Source: Lingula anatina
Taxonomy: Eukaryota; Animalia; Brachiopoda
NCBI GenBank assembly: GCA_051362555.1
Contig: CM120646.1
Span: 21,328,001 to 21,392,000 of the forward strand
Length of the DNA stretch: 64,000 bases
Direction: 5' to 3'
Below are positions 28,621 to 42,947 of this stretch, one piece after another. How positions within the stretch are numbered: the first letter of the stretch is position 1; the number at the start of each line of letters is the position of its first letter. The position numbers and the translations under genes were made by a program. The notes below the pieces were generated by a model. It ran no database searches and was not told where the DNA came from. It was given only the letters and a program-made list of their open reading frames with translations.

Positions 28621-30099
28621 CACAGCTCAGCAATGAATGAACAGCAATTTCAATTATTCAAGTCCAGATGACGTTAAAAACCGCCACGTTTGCCGCATTG
28701 GCACATATCAGTTTTTCAGTTGGTGTTGGTTGAGATTACATATTAATGAAGATGGTGATTATCTTGCACGTTGGATTTATATGAAATAACTGAAAAATAT
28801 ATAAAGGGATTTTGCGCATTAGTGACGATGAGGATTGGTCGGCTTAAAGTGAGGTAGATGTATATGGATTCTTGGTTTAAATACCGTACCGGTTATCCTA
28901 ACAAATAATTTTTGTTCTGGTGGGTGGAATAATCAGATATATCAGAGTAAAAAAACAACTTTTTATTTCGTGAGACAATGGCACTTAACATTCGTGTCTC
29001 CTACATATTTAGGTGTGTGTGGATGCGGTTTATGTTCGACTTGTTCACTTAAAAATGAAATACCGGGAGATTTTGTCATGTAAGTGAAGAAGACCTTTAA
29101 TAGATAATAAAAAATAAGGCATTTCTGTTTGCAAAGTGCAATTGTACAATGATTGACCTTGATAATGGTTTTTAAATCCAAGGACTAGCTTGATTTATTT
29201 TGTGAAGTGTGATATGTCTACTCTCTATTTGTCTACTTTTAAAGAAATTGTGGCTTGACATATACATTAGTTGAGTTTACAATTCTTGTTATTTAGGATC
29301 TATCCGCTGTACATGTATAAAAGTTAGCCACCAGGCACCTTTCAACAAGTTGAATCACACATTTTCGTTTTGGAAGCGTGGGGATAATCTTCGGTTAACG
29401 TGACCATGGAAGTATATTGGACCCATATACTTCAGTGGCGTGGTTGAGTGTGCGCGGTTAATAGAGCGTGTGCGCGCGTGCATGCATGCGTGGTCGCGAG
29501 TTCAATACATGACGTCAAAAATCAACAGACTTAAGCCACAGGTGTGCACTCATAGTAAATGATTGTTCGACTTCTATCATTTCGCTTTCAATCTCTATAT
29601 GAAATCAGCTACTCATTGATGCATCATTTTCACTGCAATATGCTAATAACGTACACAGTATTAAAAAGGGAACGGGTGTGACATGTGACCCTATGAGTTG
29701 TATGTTTCAAGAGATTTTTTTTTACAAATCCATACTGATATCCTGGACCCTGCTTTCACTGGATCCTTATTTGGAACACCAGTATCATCAGTATGCGTAA
29801 ACACTGAACAAAGTCGATCAGGGTTGACGACATTATCACATAGTAAGCATCATCACACGGAGTTTTAATATAGCCACTTGTTTAACAATTGCATGCATCT
29901 TTTTGCAATGATTCACCACCCCCCAACCCCCCCCTACGTCTTCCGTCATCCCGGTCCACCACTTACCCCCTCCCCCTTTAATGCACTCCCTCTCGCCCCC
30001 AGAATATTGTCAGCTCCATGTACAAGGTAGTATCTGCATGCCACTCTCTACAAGAATTAAACCTCTTCAACATTCTCCACCACCATGCATCACCGTCAT

Positions 30100-30334
30100 T
30101 GCCTCTGTCTCTGTCTCCCTGCTCCCTCTCCCTCCCACCTTCCCCGCCTCCTCTCCCCACCCCCTAGCTCTCCCTCCTCCCTCCCCTTTCTCCCCCCTCC
30201 CCCCTCCTCCCCACCCCCTCTCCCTCATTCTGTCCGCGCTATATGTATATTACTAACTTTACCATAGATATGTATACATCTGTTCACTATAATTCAGCAA
30301 CCCCCCTCCTCCTCTCTCTCTCTCTCTCTTTCCC

Positions 30335-30368
<34 letters not shown>
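30100..30368. repeat. Polypyrimidine/polypurine low-complexity tract with (CT)n
   Basis: Long C/T-only stretches; G-rich on the minus strand. Confidence 0.85.
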
Positions 30369-30371
<3 letters not shown>

Positions 30372-33300
30372 GTGCATTCTCTCAGGTCCCCGCCATATCA
30401 CAAGAGACACCATGTCGTCGCACCCTTATGATTTCAATAAGACCGCTGTTTACAAGGTAGCACAAACATGCCCAATAACATAATCACTCGATAACACTTT
30501 ATCACATCTGAACGTAATTAATTGATAATTACAAGATTAATCAATAGTGAATTCCGATGGAACTTTGTAATAAATAATTGTATCTCTATTTTATCGGGAC
30601 AGATTCAATATTTTGTGAGCACACATTGCGTACTGTCGATCACACCTGGGCAGAGCCGCCCCTGGCTGCCAGTGGTTCAAGTTTACCTTGCCAAGGGTAG
30701 GAAAAACCTTCACCTAATCTATCGCAATGTATGAAGCACTAACACATGGTTGATGACATTGTCGCCCTTAAATGCGATGTATGTCATAGAAAAACATCCA
30801 AATGGAAGGGATCGGATAGCCAAGAAATGCGAGGGACTACGAGTAATATGAGTTGTGCGAATTTTTGATCCTGAAAAGTTAGAAATGGTGCTATCAGCGG
30901 TTCTTCTATACAAACAAACAAACACTGATATTCACAAACAAAAAATGGGAAGGAAGATAATACATAACCTTATCCAGGATACAGCATTTCCCAGTCCATC
31001 AAAAGCCCTGGATCCAAGGCTTGTTTATTAATCGCAGATCACCTATATTGCTTTTATCTAAATCTTGGATGTGAACCACGGCTGATACGGAGAACCAGAT
31101 ATTACCTACCGCAGAGAGGTGCCAAGTTTGGGGGGGAGGTGGGGGGGGGGGGGGGGTCTCTGAGAATGGACAGACTCATAGGCAACGAAGAGGGGCGTTC
31201 GGTGGACTCGATAGAATCGTCCTTTTTGGTCAGAAAGAACTCCGCTCTGAAGCAAAAGATGATCAAAGGTGTACACGTATGTTATTTCTCAAGTTGGGTC
31301 ATCTATAGGAGTAATAAAAGGTCCATTTTTATTCTTCAGGAAACGCTCTTGACATTGCTGGGCACATGCTTAGTTGACCCAAGGGGAAATTGGTCCATTG
31401 CACACAGTATATTTAAGTGACCTAATAGGTTTAAACTACATGTAGCGTCCCCAGACCCCCCCCCCTACACACACAACACAGTCAAACCGCCCCTCCTATG
31501 TTTTTTTAAATAAAATATTTATCACTTGTAACTGTAGCCCACAGTGGCCCACTCGGGGATGGGGGGGGGGGCATGATGCTCACAAACATGTGTTTCAAGA
31601 GCTTGTCAATCCAGATGTGCAACTCACATTTCCAAAAAATAATAAATTGCACTAAGTTTATCTATATTTACTGTTTTAGATATTCTGCCGATCAGGTATT
31701 ATTGCACAATAATGCTCTAATTAAAACTGAGAAAGAATAGAAAGAAATGAAAAACTGAAGGATTGGTTTGTAGAAAGCTCACCAAGTTTCATAAGAGCTA
31801 AACTTTAATAGTAAATCTTTTCGTGGATAAAATGGATTACTGACCACAATTTTGACTTCTGAACTATTTTCAGGAGGGAAAGTCTTTTCGAATAAGTAAA
31901 CGCGACGATAAGCCAAGTCCTTCGAGATACCTATGCCGATTCCGAGGTGCTCTTCATGTGTGATTCGTCTTCTTTAGACACTTAAAACATTTGTCAAATC
32001 CATCACTATGCAGATCAGCTATAACACTACATCTTTACCAAAGAAAAAACGCTTGATCCCGACATTAATTGAACACCGGAAGAAGATAAAACATATTCTA
32101 ATCATTCTATTCACTGTGCTAGCCAATTATCCCCGGCTCCTGAAGCGAAAGAAGAAATTAAATTAGCATAGAATAGTGCTACGAAGCACATCTTTTGCTA
32201 TTTTATCATCACTTAAGAGCTTTAATCACATTTCATCAATACATAAGAGCAATATCTGCAATTGCTGGCAATTCTGCCTCACCCGAGACATCCCCGGGAG
32301 AATTGGTCAGAGGCCCGAAAGGGAGACGGGATATTCATTTTCAAAGATTGATCTGGATTGTTTTGAAACCCATCACAATCCCACCCGAAAGAAAGTGTCA
32401 AATTTGTCAGTGGTTCTTAAAGGGTGTGCTTGTACTTTTTTATTTTCAACCAAGTCAACGTATGAGGGATCCATAACATTTGCGACAATGTTGTAGCAAT
32501 GACACAATGTTAACGCATTTAATATTAGAGAAAAACAGAAGCCAACAGTGCATTTCCGTGTGCTCTTCTGTGATTAAAATATCTAAATAAAAAAATTTGT
32601 GAAATTTGGGAAATGCGGCAAATGGACAAATGATAGGCACTCTGATTATCATTAAAAATTAGATTAAAAAAAAAAATGCTCCGTCAATTTCGTTACTAAA
32701 AAGTTGATAGAATTATTGAAGAAACGCAGCTAGGGTGCTTAATTCAGACCCCAGAAGAGCCCCATGTAGCAATCCATTGCGAAGTACATCTCTTGCCGAC
32801 CAAAAGTCAATTCCTCACAATTAAATTAATTTGTGTTTTTCGAAGTATCAAACACACGCGCCGCGGAGATTCGATGAACGCCAATTTCAGGGAATTAAGA
32901 ACATGATTAACAACGTCATTCTTTCAGATGAATTGTTTCAACTCTCATAGCTTCATCTCTTAATCGTACTGAGTGGTTATTAGCTAGTAATTCATTTCGG
33001 GGGTGTGATATAGAGACGGGGTTATTAATCAATCTTTTAGGGCGAAAAAGAATATCGGCACTTCGCGCATGCGCACTTTCCAAAAGCCGTCCTCCCAAAG
33101 TAACGTTCGATCATCGCTTTAACAATTCTTCTACATTGGTTATAGACGTGAAAACAGGGAAGAATCACAAGTTTTCAGGATAAAGACTGATGTCATATTC
33201 GACTGGTCTTTTAAGCAAAACACCACATAATACATTTTCTTCGGTACAGAGCGCCGGGGTACCGGAGTATGTCCCCGAAAATTTGCTTTTTTTTTTTATA

Positions 33301-34268
33301 CGAGTAATCAGTCTAGCTATCACTCCATATTTTTCTAAAAAACTATCACAGAATCTATTCATGTCGACGTTATCAAGACTCATATATATCAACATACTGA
33401 GTTGAACAGAAACCGTTTCTATAATGCAGATAAAAATAATTGCATTGTTCACGTAATTCTTTGGTAGATGCGGGTACAAAATACAGCGTATATACCAGTA
33501 GAGTAAAGGCTACAAACAATTAACGGGTGTTAATATTATGGAAAGTAAATATCGTAATATATTTAGCTGTTCCATCTAAAAAAAATTCTGGAAGCTTCAA
33601 AGCAGATCTTAGTTTCGTGACTTAATATGCAACGCTCAGCAACAACAAATACAGGCCTAACCATCTCAAGCGTGGATTTCCTAACAAGATTATAAGCATT
33701 TGAGCGCAATAGCTATTTAAACATTTTTAGCCCCCCCCCCCGCCAACCCTTCCAGCCAACACGCCCCACCTCCTCCCCATCCAACTAGAAAGTTATAAAA
33801 TGTATTTTTGAAAAGGTCATTCATGACTAAAAGCTCAAAAATATACAATCGAATGTGTTAGATGAGACACATTTACAATAGTAGCGTGGGATGTGCTAGT
33901 TGTAGTTATATGTTCCAAGTCCCACTGGTCTCTACTTGCCAGAGACGTCGTGGAGACCAAAAAGCGTAACATGGGTAGAACGTCGACGTTGTGTCGTCTT
34001 TGATGCGTACCCAAAACCTACAGCGGTTGTCGGAATAAATCACAGCTTGAGATCCTGTAGTGATAATCTATCTATACCTAAAAGACATTACATTATATGC
34101 CAATGCCACTTACAGTTGTTGTGTGGTGGATTTCAACGTGAAACAAAATAACAAATAATGATAATAATAATAATAAAAACATTGAAAATTATAAGTGTTT
34201 TAACTTTAATAGTAAGTACAGCCCTAGATCTGTCTGTATATCAGTGAGGAATTCCAAGAGCTAAGGTA

Positions 34269-34517
34269 AGGGAGACCAGGGCTAGTTGGACCCGGGGTAA
34301 GTTGCCCCCCCCCCCCCCCCCCCATCAATTTATGACAAAGTAACTATGGGGTAAAAGAATTGATCACATCATTTTGTAAAGTGGCCGTATCCAATAGTGC
34401 TAAGAAAGCGTCGGCAGTGAGTCCAAATTAAATAATTTTGCATCTTAAAGTAATTTTATTAAAGAGACTTGATGGGGGGGCAACTTACCCCGGGGTCCAA
34501 CTAGCCCCGGTCTCCCC
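34269..34517. mobile_element. MITE with ~45-bp TIRs and TA flanks (Tc1/mariner-pogo type)
   Basis: TA-AGGGAGACCAGGGCTAGTTGGACCCGGGGTAAGTTGCCCCC ... GGGGGCAACTTACCCCGGGGTCCAACTAGCCCCGGTCTCCCC-TA. Confidence 0.85.
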
Positions 34518-34789
34518 TATGATTGGTGAAGTTTTGACCTGCCAGGGTCACTCAAGGTAAACGCATATGGAAACAGTTGAGAGCCTATTTGTGGTTAAAT
34601 TTGTGATATATGCTGAAATTATTTGGTTCTTGAGTTATGTATGCGTTTCATATTTATGAAAGCAGAGACAAATGAATTGAGGAAAAAAATTCAATCAATT
34701 GCAGTAGTTGAGAACGCGCATCCAACGTGACACCATTGCGGTTGATGTGGCACAACCGTGTCATATGTGTTTAAATGTAATTCGTATTC

Positions 34790-35092
34790 AAGGGTCCTAT
34801 TAATGGGGGGGGGGGGGGGGGCGTCACAGTTCACGGGAATTGAAACCATCAATTCACAAATCGCAGTGAATAAAACTTTATTCACATCTTACTGATAATG
34901 CCAGTCGAATATCCTGAAAATCACAAATCACTGGGTATAATGACTTCGTTTCACGAAGGGCGAAATAATAAGCAGCAATCACGAGTCACGGGTATGGGAT
35001 GCTTCACTGATCACGCTAAATTATATGAACGTTTCACGCATCTCGGGGAAAAATGGCTTTCGCGGTTCACAAAAATACCCAAAGAGACCCTC
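34790..35092. mobile_element. Degenerate non-autonomous DNA element with repeated TCAC(G) motifs
   Basis: Ends AGGGTC ... GACCCT, an internal G-run and many TCAC/TCACG motifs; TSD not recoverable. Confidence 0.4.
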
Positions 35093-36526
35093 GTACAGAA
35101 ACTTATTGTTTTCATTGCAGTACTTTTCCAATTTGTCAAAAGTAATCTAACTACTCAACGCAATTTGGACGGCGAAATCTCTCCCCCCCCCCCCCCACCC
35201 AACCCCCCATAAGGAATAAACAAAATCAGCGTGTGCACGCGCCGTTTCATATTTTTGGGAGTCTGGTGGAAAACGCACTCGTATGCTTCTGCGTCATCTA
35301 CGGGAGCGAAGTGCAAATGGACGTATCGCACACCTTGCTGACGAATAGTGAAGACTGATCACATCACGACTGATTTGAATGTTAACAGTTTCAATCATGG
35401 GAGATCACCGTGTAGGCTACATATGCCATGAATATCACTTTTCATATTGTGCCTTTTTTCTGTTCAAATTAAACTTAGTCAGTTGTAATACCTAACAAGG
35501 TATGGACTTTAATGTGTGGAGATGGACATACTTGAACATTCAAGTACTATGATGGAGATACCGATATTTATCTCTCCAATTCAATTATGGCTGCTTGACT
35601 TACTTATATTGTGAGAAGAAAAAAACAAACTTCTCTTCTAATGCTTCTGCCCACAGGATAAATCAGGATAAATTACATATCCATCTATTGGCCTTCCTGC
35701 TAATTTTAGATTTAATAAATCGAGTTTTCGGGGAGAGGTGATAAAATAATTGACCAGATTTTACCTATAATTTCCTTCTTTTTTATTTTTAATTCATGAC
35801 TTTTGCCTTTGGCCTTGATGCACCAAAAAGTAAGTGTGTCAGCTCTCGTATGTTAGTATTTTTTTCCAGTCAGATCAGAACAGTAGATCTAAAGTTATAA
35901 AACGCATTTATTAAAAAGGTCATTCCTAACCGAAAGCTCGAAAATGTCAAATAGTCAGAAAGAGAAAAATGTCAAAAAGAATGTGTTAGATGAGTCACTA
36001 TTACAATAACAGATTGGAATGCGCTATGATAATCACAGACAAAGAAAGAAAGAAAGAAAAAAAGAAAAGAAAGAAAGAAAGAAAGAAAAAAAACGGACTT
36101 TGCCAACAAGTTGCAGGTCGAAAGTAACATTGAACTTGTTAGGTCTGTTGTTCTGATAATACTTAGTGTTTTGGTGTTAAGTGTAAGGGCGTGTGTGTGT
36201 GTGCTTGCGTATGTATGTGCATGTTTGTGCGTGTGTGTGTGCGCGCGTGTGTGTTATTGACTGAATTTTATTCACTGGTATTTGGTGGGAGAGAGAGAGA
36301 GAGAGCGAGAGATAGAGAGAGATAAAGAGTAGAATATATCAATAGTGAACATATAGATCATTTGAAAAAGCCTCCTGGTGAACAACCATAGAAATATTTA
36401 GGTGCGTACTTCAAACATGACAACACGGTCCACTTCCCGCCTTTTCTATTTGTTCCCATCTTCCTTTCCGCCTCTCTCTCTCGTAACATAGTAAGGGGGA
36501 GCACTCGTTGGCAACTTACATTAATG

Positions 36527-36770
36527 CAGTGGCGGGTTTAGGGGGGGGGGGCAGGTGGGTGCTGACCCCCCCTTCGATTTTTGAAAAAATCTGACCAATG
36601 GTGTCCTATTGAAATTAGAATTTTGCCTAACTAAATCATAGTTCTTAACCGTACCAAATGGCACCGTTCGCCCTCTAAAATAATTTTCGGAACCGAACCC
36701 CACGTCAATGGGGGCAGGGGTGGGGGAGGGTCGGACACCCCCCCCTTCAAATAATCCTGGATCGTCCCTG
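36527..36770. mobile_element. Non-autonomous hAT-like element with 6-bp TSD
   Basis: TTAATG|CAGTGGCGGGTTTAGG ... CCTGGATCGTCCCTG|TTAATG; TSD at 36521-36526 and 36771-36776. Confidence 0.75.
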
Positions 36771-37472
36771 TTAATGTTATGTCGCTTTGCTGGATACGCT
36801 TGGTTTAAGATATTTGTAGTTCCTTGCTTTACCATTATGAATTTAGGCATACCCTTAAATTCGTGATGTTAGAAAGAATTTCCCATGAGGTAAGAAAACC
36901 CAAGAGAATAGCGACAAAAGAATTCTAACACCTGTATATTACGGAACAGACACGAAAAAAAATATTTAGGCATATACGAGCATCATCCGTTCATCGCTGT
37001 TTAAAATCGATAATTATTGAAATAATGAGATCAAAATAATTGACAGGGGTGTCCCTCAGTGAAAATCTTTTAACAAAAGTTATGGCTAGGTCTTCAGTAT
37101 TTGAATACATATTGCTTAATGCAGTAATTACAAATTGCAATGCTGGCTGACAATTTCACACTCTGTTGACCTCTTAGTCCCTGTAAAAGGCGTAACAAGG
37201 GCTGTGGCTGAAGGTTGGAAAAAGACAATTAGGCAGTTCACCCCCTTTGTTTCACTGGGGGAGGGGGGTAATAGGAACCCCTTCCTTGGCTAAAGCTATG
37301 AGCACGATGGATCTATGAAAATTTCGGGCAAGGCAGTACCTAAACTAAACTACGGTCGTACACATGGGCTCCTACCTGTCCTCAGGTGGGTATTACGTCC
37401 CTTTGTTTGTACGGCGGCGTGACTGTCAATCATCTGTTCCAGTCATATCGCACTGTGAGTGTATACACAGGT

Positions 37473-37760
37473 GGGGGCGGGGCCTACGCATGTCAATACA
37501 CAACTATTTGTGTCAAGTTTTGCGAGACGAGAGGAGGTCGCTGCTGTTTTATCCGCATTTAACGCGTACGCAGTCAAAATTACTGTGACTGTTTCACTGT
37601 GGTGTTTTAAGATTGCTTAGTTTATCTCTGCGTTGATTTGAAGTTGTGAAATAAAAGCCAGATTAAATGAAAAAGAGCAAAATAGTTTGTTGTGTATTGT
37701 ATTCACGATTTGATGACGTCACCATTTCCAGCCACATGCGCCCAGACCTAAACCAGTCCT
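37473..37760 (+). promoter_or_regulatory. Probable promoter/5' region of the BAZ2-like gene
   Basis: GC box GGGGCGGGGC (~37474), TGACGTCA (~37714), CpG-retaining segment just before a strong donor and the start of CpG depletion. Confidence 0.45.
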
Positions 37761-37861
37761 CATTTTATGTTATACTTGAGCGTGAGAAATTAACAAAGAA
37801 AATCTACAAATTGGAGGCCAAAATCGGTTTGATTGTTGCACGTTGATAGGGATCGACTTAG
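37755..37861 (+). other. BAZ2B: Probable non-coding first exon of the BAZ2-like gene (5' limit uncertain)
   Basis: Consensus donor TTAG|GTAAGT at 37861/37862; the next acceptor exon (44439) carries the ATG. Confidence 0.5.
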
Positions 37862-39457
37862 GTAAGTGTCGAAGCTCTCATCTGCTGGGTGTTTTTGGGG
37901 TGGAATCACGTGTTTAGATGACAAATTTATTCATCCATCGGATTCATTTCATCTCGCTACTTTGTTCCTTCATCTTATAGATTTTCTAGGTTACCAAGCA
38001 GGTGCGTTTTACACCTCTTCTCGAGCCTAAATCGACCTAGACCCCTCAAAATCCTTCCCTCAGAGGCTGTAGGAAGGTTAGAAGAGCCTCTGTGTTGAAT
38101 TTTGATGCACTGCATGCCCATTTTACCGGCAAATTTCGAGAATTACTTTACGTGTTTTCCATCTTGTAGCAATCGTGTACTTAAAATTATTGACTATTTA
38201 TCCCTCCCGGCCGCCATTTTTATCTACCGCTTCTCGTAGCTTTTCCTTTGTTCGTTTTTACTGGACTTTCTCACTATTTCCACCTCTTAAAACTTACTAC
38301 CAAGGTTTATACAGGGTCGGGGCCCCCACAGCTCAAAGTTAGTGTAGAATCACGGCGGCAAATTCAAGATTTTTAAAAATCCGGAGGTTTTATTTCTCAT
38401 CCCTAATTTATTCATCTCGTCGAAGAAAGGTTGCCTTTTATAATGCATGACCTAGAAGGGAGAAGCTACATATGGATCGGCGGCGGCTGGAAGATTAACA
38501 GTTGCAGGGTGAATTTGAAGACATTTTGGTTCAAAATATCTGTATTTTTTACTCGTGGAGGGTTTGTTTTGAAGAGTGTACCGGTGTGCTGGCAGGGCAA
38601 TCTGTGGATTAAACTTGGGATGTCAGTCATGGTTTTACATCAAAATGAAACATTTATCAAACTGTGTTTACATTAATTTGTGAGAGCAGTGTATTTCTTG
38701 TGGAGATATTATTGACAGAAGAGTCATAGACTGTACTCGGCTGGCCTTGTAACTTTCAGGCAGCGGAGTTATGTTACCATGCCTAGCTCAGTTGTTGGGT
38801 CAAGATTTTAAAAATTTTGCTCTGTGTTAAAGTCAGCATCTGTTACAGATTGCCCTGACTTGTAGACCTGAATGTGACAACTTTGTTGCTTGCCTTAGAT
38901 GTTTTTCCTTTTTCCCCCATTTGATTTTAAATTTTATTAAAAACCCTTATTCCCAAGAATTTTTTGTCACAGCTGCAAGTGCCGACAATTATGAATTAGT
39001 TATACATACACCTTGCAGTCAGCTGTGTTGTTAAGCTAACCTAAAGCTTGTGTCTGGTGAAATAATGTTAATTTCCTTTCATATTTTCATAATATTGGAT
39101 AAAGAATATGTACTATAGCTGATACATATAGCATTTATTGTTTCTAGGCCCATATACCAGCATTCGGTGCTTAAAAAATCTAAAACCCGATAACTTATGT
39201 GGATGAACTGGTGAACATTAAAATCATTTTTCTGTCCAGTGCCTTGCACAAAATTTTATAAATAAGAGACTGTTGTCTTATTGTAACTGAAAAAGATTAC
39301 TTCTGGTTGACCTGTCTGAGCTAAGGGGCTTTGGTTGGTGGACTGTTAGAGTTTTCAACCAAATTTGCCGTTTTAACTCACTGGAAAATGTTCAACTAAT
39401 GGAAGAGTACATCTAATTCAAACAATAATAGAGGACACAAGAAAACTCTCATATCAT

Positions 39458-39633
39458 CAGGCCAGTATATAGCCAGCAATTTCTAAGGGGAGGGGGGGTT
39501 TTCTATTTCTGAAAAAGTGGACCTTTTACCATGAAACCTTTGTGTACCTAGATCAAATTTTACCCGGGCAGAATTTTTCCTGACAAAGTGGGCAGTGTGT
39601 GTGAACCCCCAAACCTCCATAGCTACAGGCCTG
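39458..39633. mobile_element. Short degenerate CAGG-terminated DNA element
   Basis: CAGGCCAGTA ... TACAGGCCTG ends with internal G and C runs; flanks ATCAT/GTCAT. Confidence 0.45.
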
Positions 39634-40410
39634 GTCATATTTACATGAAGTCCCAAAATATTTTTTCAGCAAAATGAAATATGAAGTTCATTATTTTTAG
39701 TCTATTTTTTTCAAATTGATTTAAATCTCAGCTATAAGCAAATATTTTGTACACTTTGTTTATAGTGTTTTCTGGACAGGTTGGAGTAACATAAAAACTG
39801 TATGTTTTTCAGTAAAAGTTTTCGTCTGAATAAAAATATTATTATGGATATTAAATAGCCTGTTTAAACTTAAACTAAATATAATAGTTATAGATATAAT
39901 ACAATGACATGTTATCAATGTATTATAGCAATGTATTATAGATATAATATAGTACATTGATAACATGTCATTTATTACTGCTAAGATCTATACTAATACC
40001 TTTTAGAAAAAATAAATCCTTGAAGTTAAGTGAGATAAATCTCTTTCTTTTTACCTTATGCAACGTTTTTAATTTCATGTCTGTGCGTTTTATCAGTTAT
40101 ATCTAGCCTCTGCAAGGCATCTTATTAAGTTCTTAACTGTATATCGTTTTTTTTTTTTTTATGGCTGACACTCTAATAAACTTCTTGAATTTTACATTAT
40201 ATGACAGTTGTTGAAATGTGAGCCCTGAGTACTAGTAAGCGCATGGAAATGTTTTGTCACTCGTCAAGGTAGACATCAGAAAGTAGCCCAATACTCACTC
40301 AGCGGCTTAAAAATTACTTGCCAGTGTGGGAAGTGCTCGATGGGCCGGTTTCACTGAAGCTTTTGACTGAAAAACCATAAATTTTATCCTGCTTTTTGAC
40401 CTATCCTCTG

Positions 40411-40658
40411 GCATGGCCACACAGAGAATATTTTCACCAATTATTCACAATCATGTATATATTTGCTGGCTATTCCCTATGCCAGCTATGCATACTCTGA
40501 CAAGAGTTTTTGCACAGGACGACACCATAACTAGCCTGGCCACACAGTTAATATTTTCACCAGGTATTCACAATCTATATATTTTTCTGGCTATTCCTAA
40601 TGCTAGCTATAAGCATACTCCGACAAGAGTTTTTGCACATAACTATACCACAACTAGG
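40411..40658. repeat. Two-copy tandem duplication, ~123-bp unit
   Basis: TGGCCACACAG..AATATTTTCACCA...GACAAGAGTTTTTGCACA..AACTAG at ~40414 and ~40537. Confidence 0.85.
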
Positions 40659-41622
40659 CTTCTTTTGTAGAGGGGATCTTTTGCTACTTTAATTTGGTGT
40701 ACACACCACTAAGCATTTGTCCTAAATTATAGTATTAGTAACTCAAAAATTTCAATCCAAGACCATTGCATTGTCAGCTCTGAAATCTCAGCATCAGTTA
40801 GTGAATGATTGTTTATTTAATCTGCAACCTGTGAGCCAGTTTATTAATTTGTAATGCAGGTCTAGATGCAAATGAACTATAGCAGAGCATAAATGAAATA
40901 AAGTTGGAGATGAATATTTATGAAACTGACAGATATTACTGAAACTTAAAAACTGGTGCATTTTCCAGATTGATTATGATATACAAAGGGGAGGGGGAGG
41001 AAGGAAAGACTGAACATTTACCGTCACCAGCAAAATTCATGTACTTTCTTTGCTAGACCCTTATAACCAATTGAAGGAGAAGAAAAAGAAAACATTCATA
41101 ATTTATCTTGCACCTTTACAGGTGGAGTTGTACCAGCATAAAAACAACTACTAGTAACTCATTAGAAGTAGGCTAGTGTTAATTTCTTTCTCAGTCTGTG
41201 AAAAAGCAAGTTGAATGGTATTAACATGATCTCTAGCATTTTCACTTCATTAAAAGTGAAGTGATTTTATCACTCTAAAAACCACAATATGTTATTGAGA
41301 CATAAAAAACGGGCCTTTAACCCCTCCCCAGTAGCCCCTGGTTGTTATTATGAGTGAAAATTTATTACCCAGCAATTTTGCTGTCATAAAATGTCCAGTG
41401 ATCTAAATATCCAATATTTTCACAACAGAACATCTTAATATCAGACAAAGGAGCCACACAGTTTGATTCATCAGTTTCTTATCACGGCATCATCTAGAAT
41501 GTTTCACAATCAATGCAGAAATGTGCCTAGTCCCTGTTGGGTTTTCATTCATAAGTGGCCCCAGTGGATGCTCTGGCTTCCTTTACTTCTGCCTGAGTTT
41601 GACTGGAGCTGAACTGATCTAA

Positions 41623-41763
41623 GGCTTCGTTCACATGCAATGTCTATTTTCTATTTTCTATTTTCGGTATGTCTTATGATCACGGTCTGTGCACTGAATA
41701 TCCCGCGGCGTAATTACTGGCAGCGCGAGCCAGTTACTATAAGTTACTATAAGTAACGAAGCC
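41623..41763. mobile_element. PIF/Harbinger-type MITE with TAA TSD
   Basis: TAA|GGCTTCGTT ... AACGAAGCC|TAA; retains CpGs in CpG-poor surroundings; internal sequence related to 59544-59660. Confidence 0.75.
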
Positions 41764-42167
41764 TAAGTGACAACGGCAGTGAGGATGAATTGTAATCAAG
41801 CTTTCGTGGGGGCAAAATACAGTCCATTTTGTCACAAAGACTGAACAGCCATGCTAGTATATATATCTTTTTGTTTTTTTATTCAATTAAAAAGAAAGAC
41901 TGCTGAGAAAATGCTAAAAATACTTCTTTTGTTTTCTTTTTCAGACAAATTATGTTCTATTCATAGTTTGAGTTAAGTTAATTGTCACCTTACTGTGAAT
42001 CAGTCCACTATTAAAACAAAGCCATTTCTCTAGTTCAGTTATGACAGCATTTCTTATATTATCTCTGTTGAATATATTGATTGTTCTTCTACACATAAGT
42101 CAGCAGCTTCGTGTCTTTGTGGTCAGTGTTTTAAGACACTATTGGACATGTGTCTTGTCATGTGTCG

Positions 42168-42227
42168 GATCCAGTGATTGCAATCAAGATCCAGTGATTG
42201 TAATCAAGATCCAGTGATTGCAATCAG
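42168..42227. repeat. 3 x 20-bp tandem repeat GATCCAGTGATTGCAATCAA
   Basis: Directly visible. Confidence 0.9.
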
Positions 42228-42843
42228 TTGTCACAAATGACATCACATGAAGTGCTGAGGTTGGCTGGCATGGCACCAAGTTAAGTCGGCATAAGTGAAA
42301 TGTAAGTGCGCCTCAGTCTTGTGTATGGCAATAATGTCAACATGTTTTAGGAGATACTTCAGCGTATGTCTACAGCATTTAATGCTTTCATGCGTGCTGT
42401 GGAAAGTCTGATACTTTGTTCACATGTGAGTCAGGGAATTCAATGAGAATAACAATTGTGTCATTGACGCTTACCTCACTGTTGTTTTGCTGAGATGAGA
42501 ACTAATGGGGATTTTTTTCAGGTGGATAATTTTGTAAACACGAGAGTAAGATTAGAGAGGCATAAAGTATAATAGAAAAAGTTCATTGTAAAGTTCCTTT
42601 TGTGTTATAAGAACTGGAAAATAACTAGAAAGCCTGAAAATAAGATACCTCTTGAAGCAATGTGTCAGTGAGGAGTTTTTAAAGATGAAGATACTTAGAA
42701 CACTCATATCTGGATTAGAATTCTTAGTTTTTTGGTGAATACATGAAGACATGAAAACATCCAGAATGAAGATAGATTACATGTTGTATGTGGGAATGGA
42801 GTAGAAACTTAAGAGTCCCTTTTTTAATGGAGTTAGAATTCTC

Positions 42844-42888
42844 AAAAAAAAAAAAAAAATAAATAAAATAAAATAAAATAAAATAAAA

Positions 42889-42923
<35 letters not shown>

Positions 42924-42947
42924 AAATAATAATAAAATAAATAAATG
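42844..42947. repeat. Poly(A)/(AAAAT)n/(AAAT)n microsatellite
   Basis: Directly visible. Confidence 0.9.

Larger units (their letters stand above)
33789..36024 (+). repeat. Pair of diverged ~110-130-bp direct repeats (33789-33898 and 35891-36024)
   Basis: AAAGTTATAAAA...AAAAGGTCATTC...AAAGCTC...GAATGTGTTAGATGAG..AC..TTACAATA present in both. Confidence 0.65.

Noticed and set aside
28849-28870. let-7-like seed TGAGGTAG
   Set aside because: The rest of the mature sequence and a hairpin are absent.
29404-29510. Short hairpin plus tRNA/SINE-like A/B-box pattern (GGTCGCGAGTTCAAT)
   Set aside because: No cloverleaf could be folded, box matches are weak and there is no second copy in the window.
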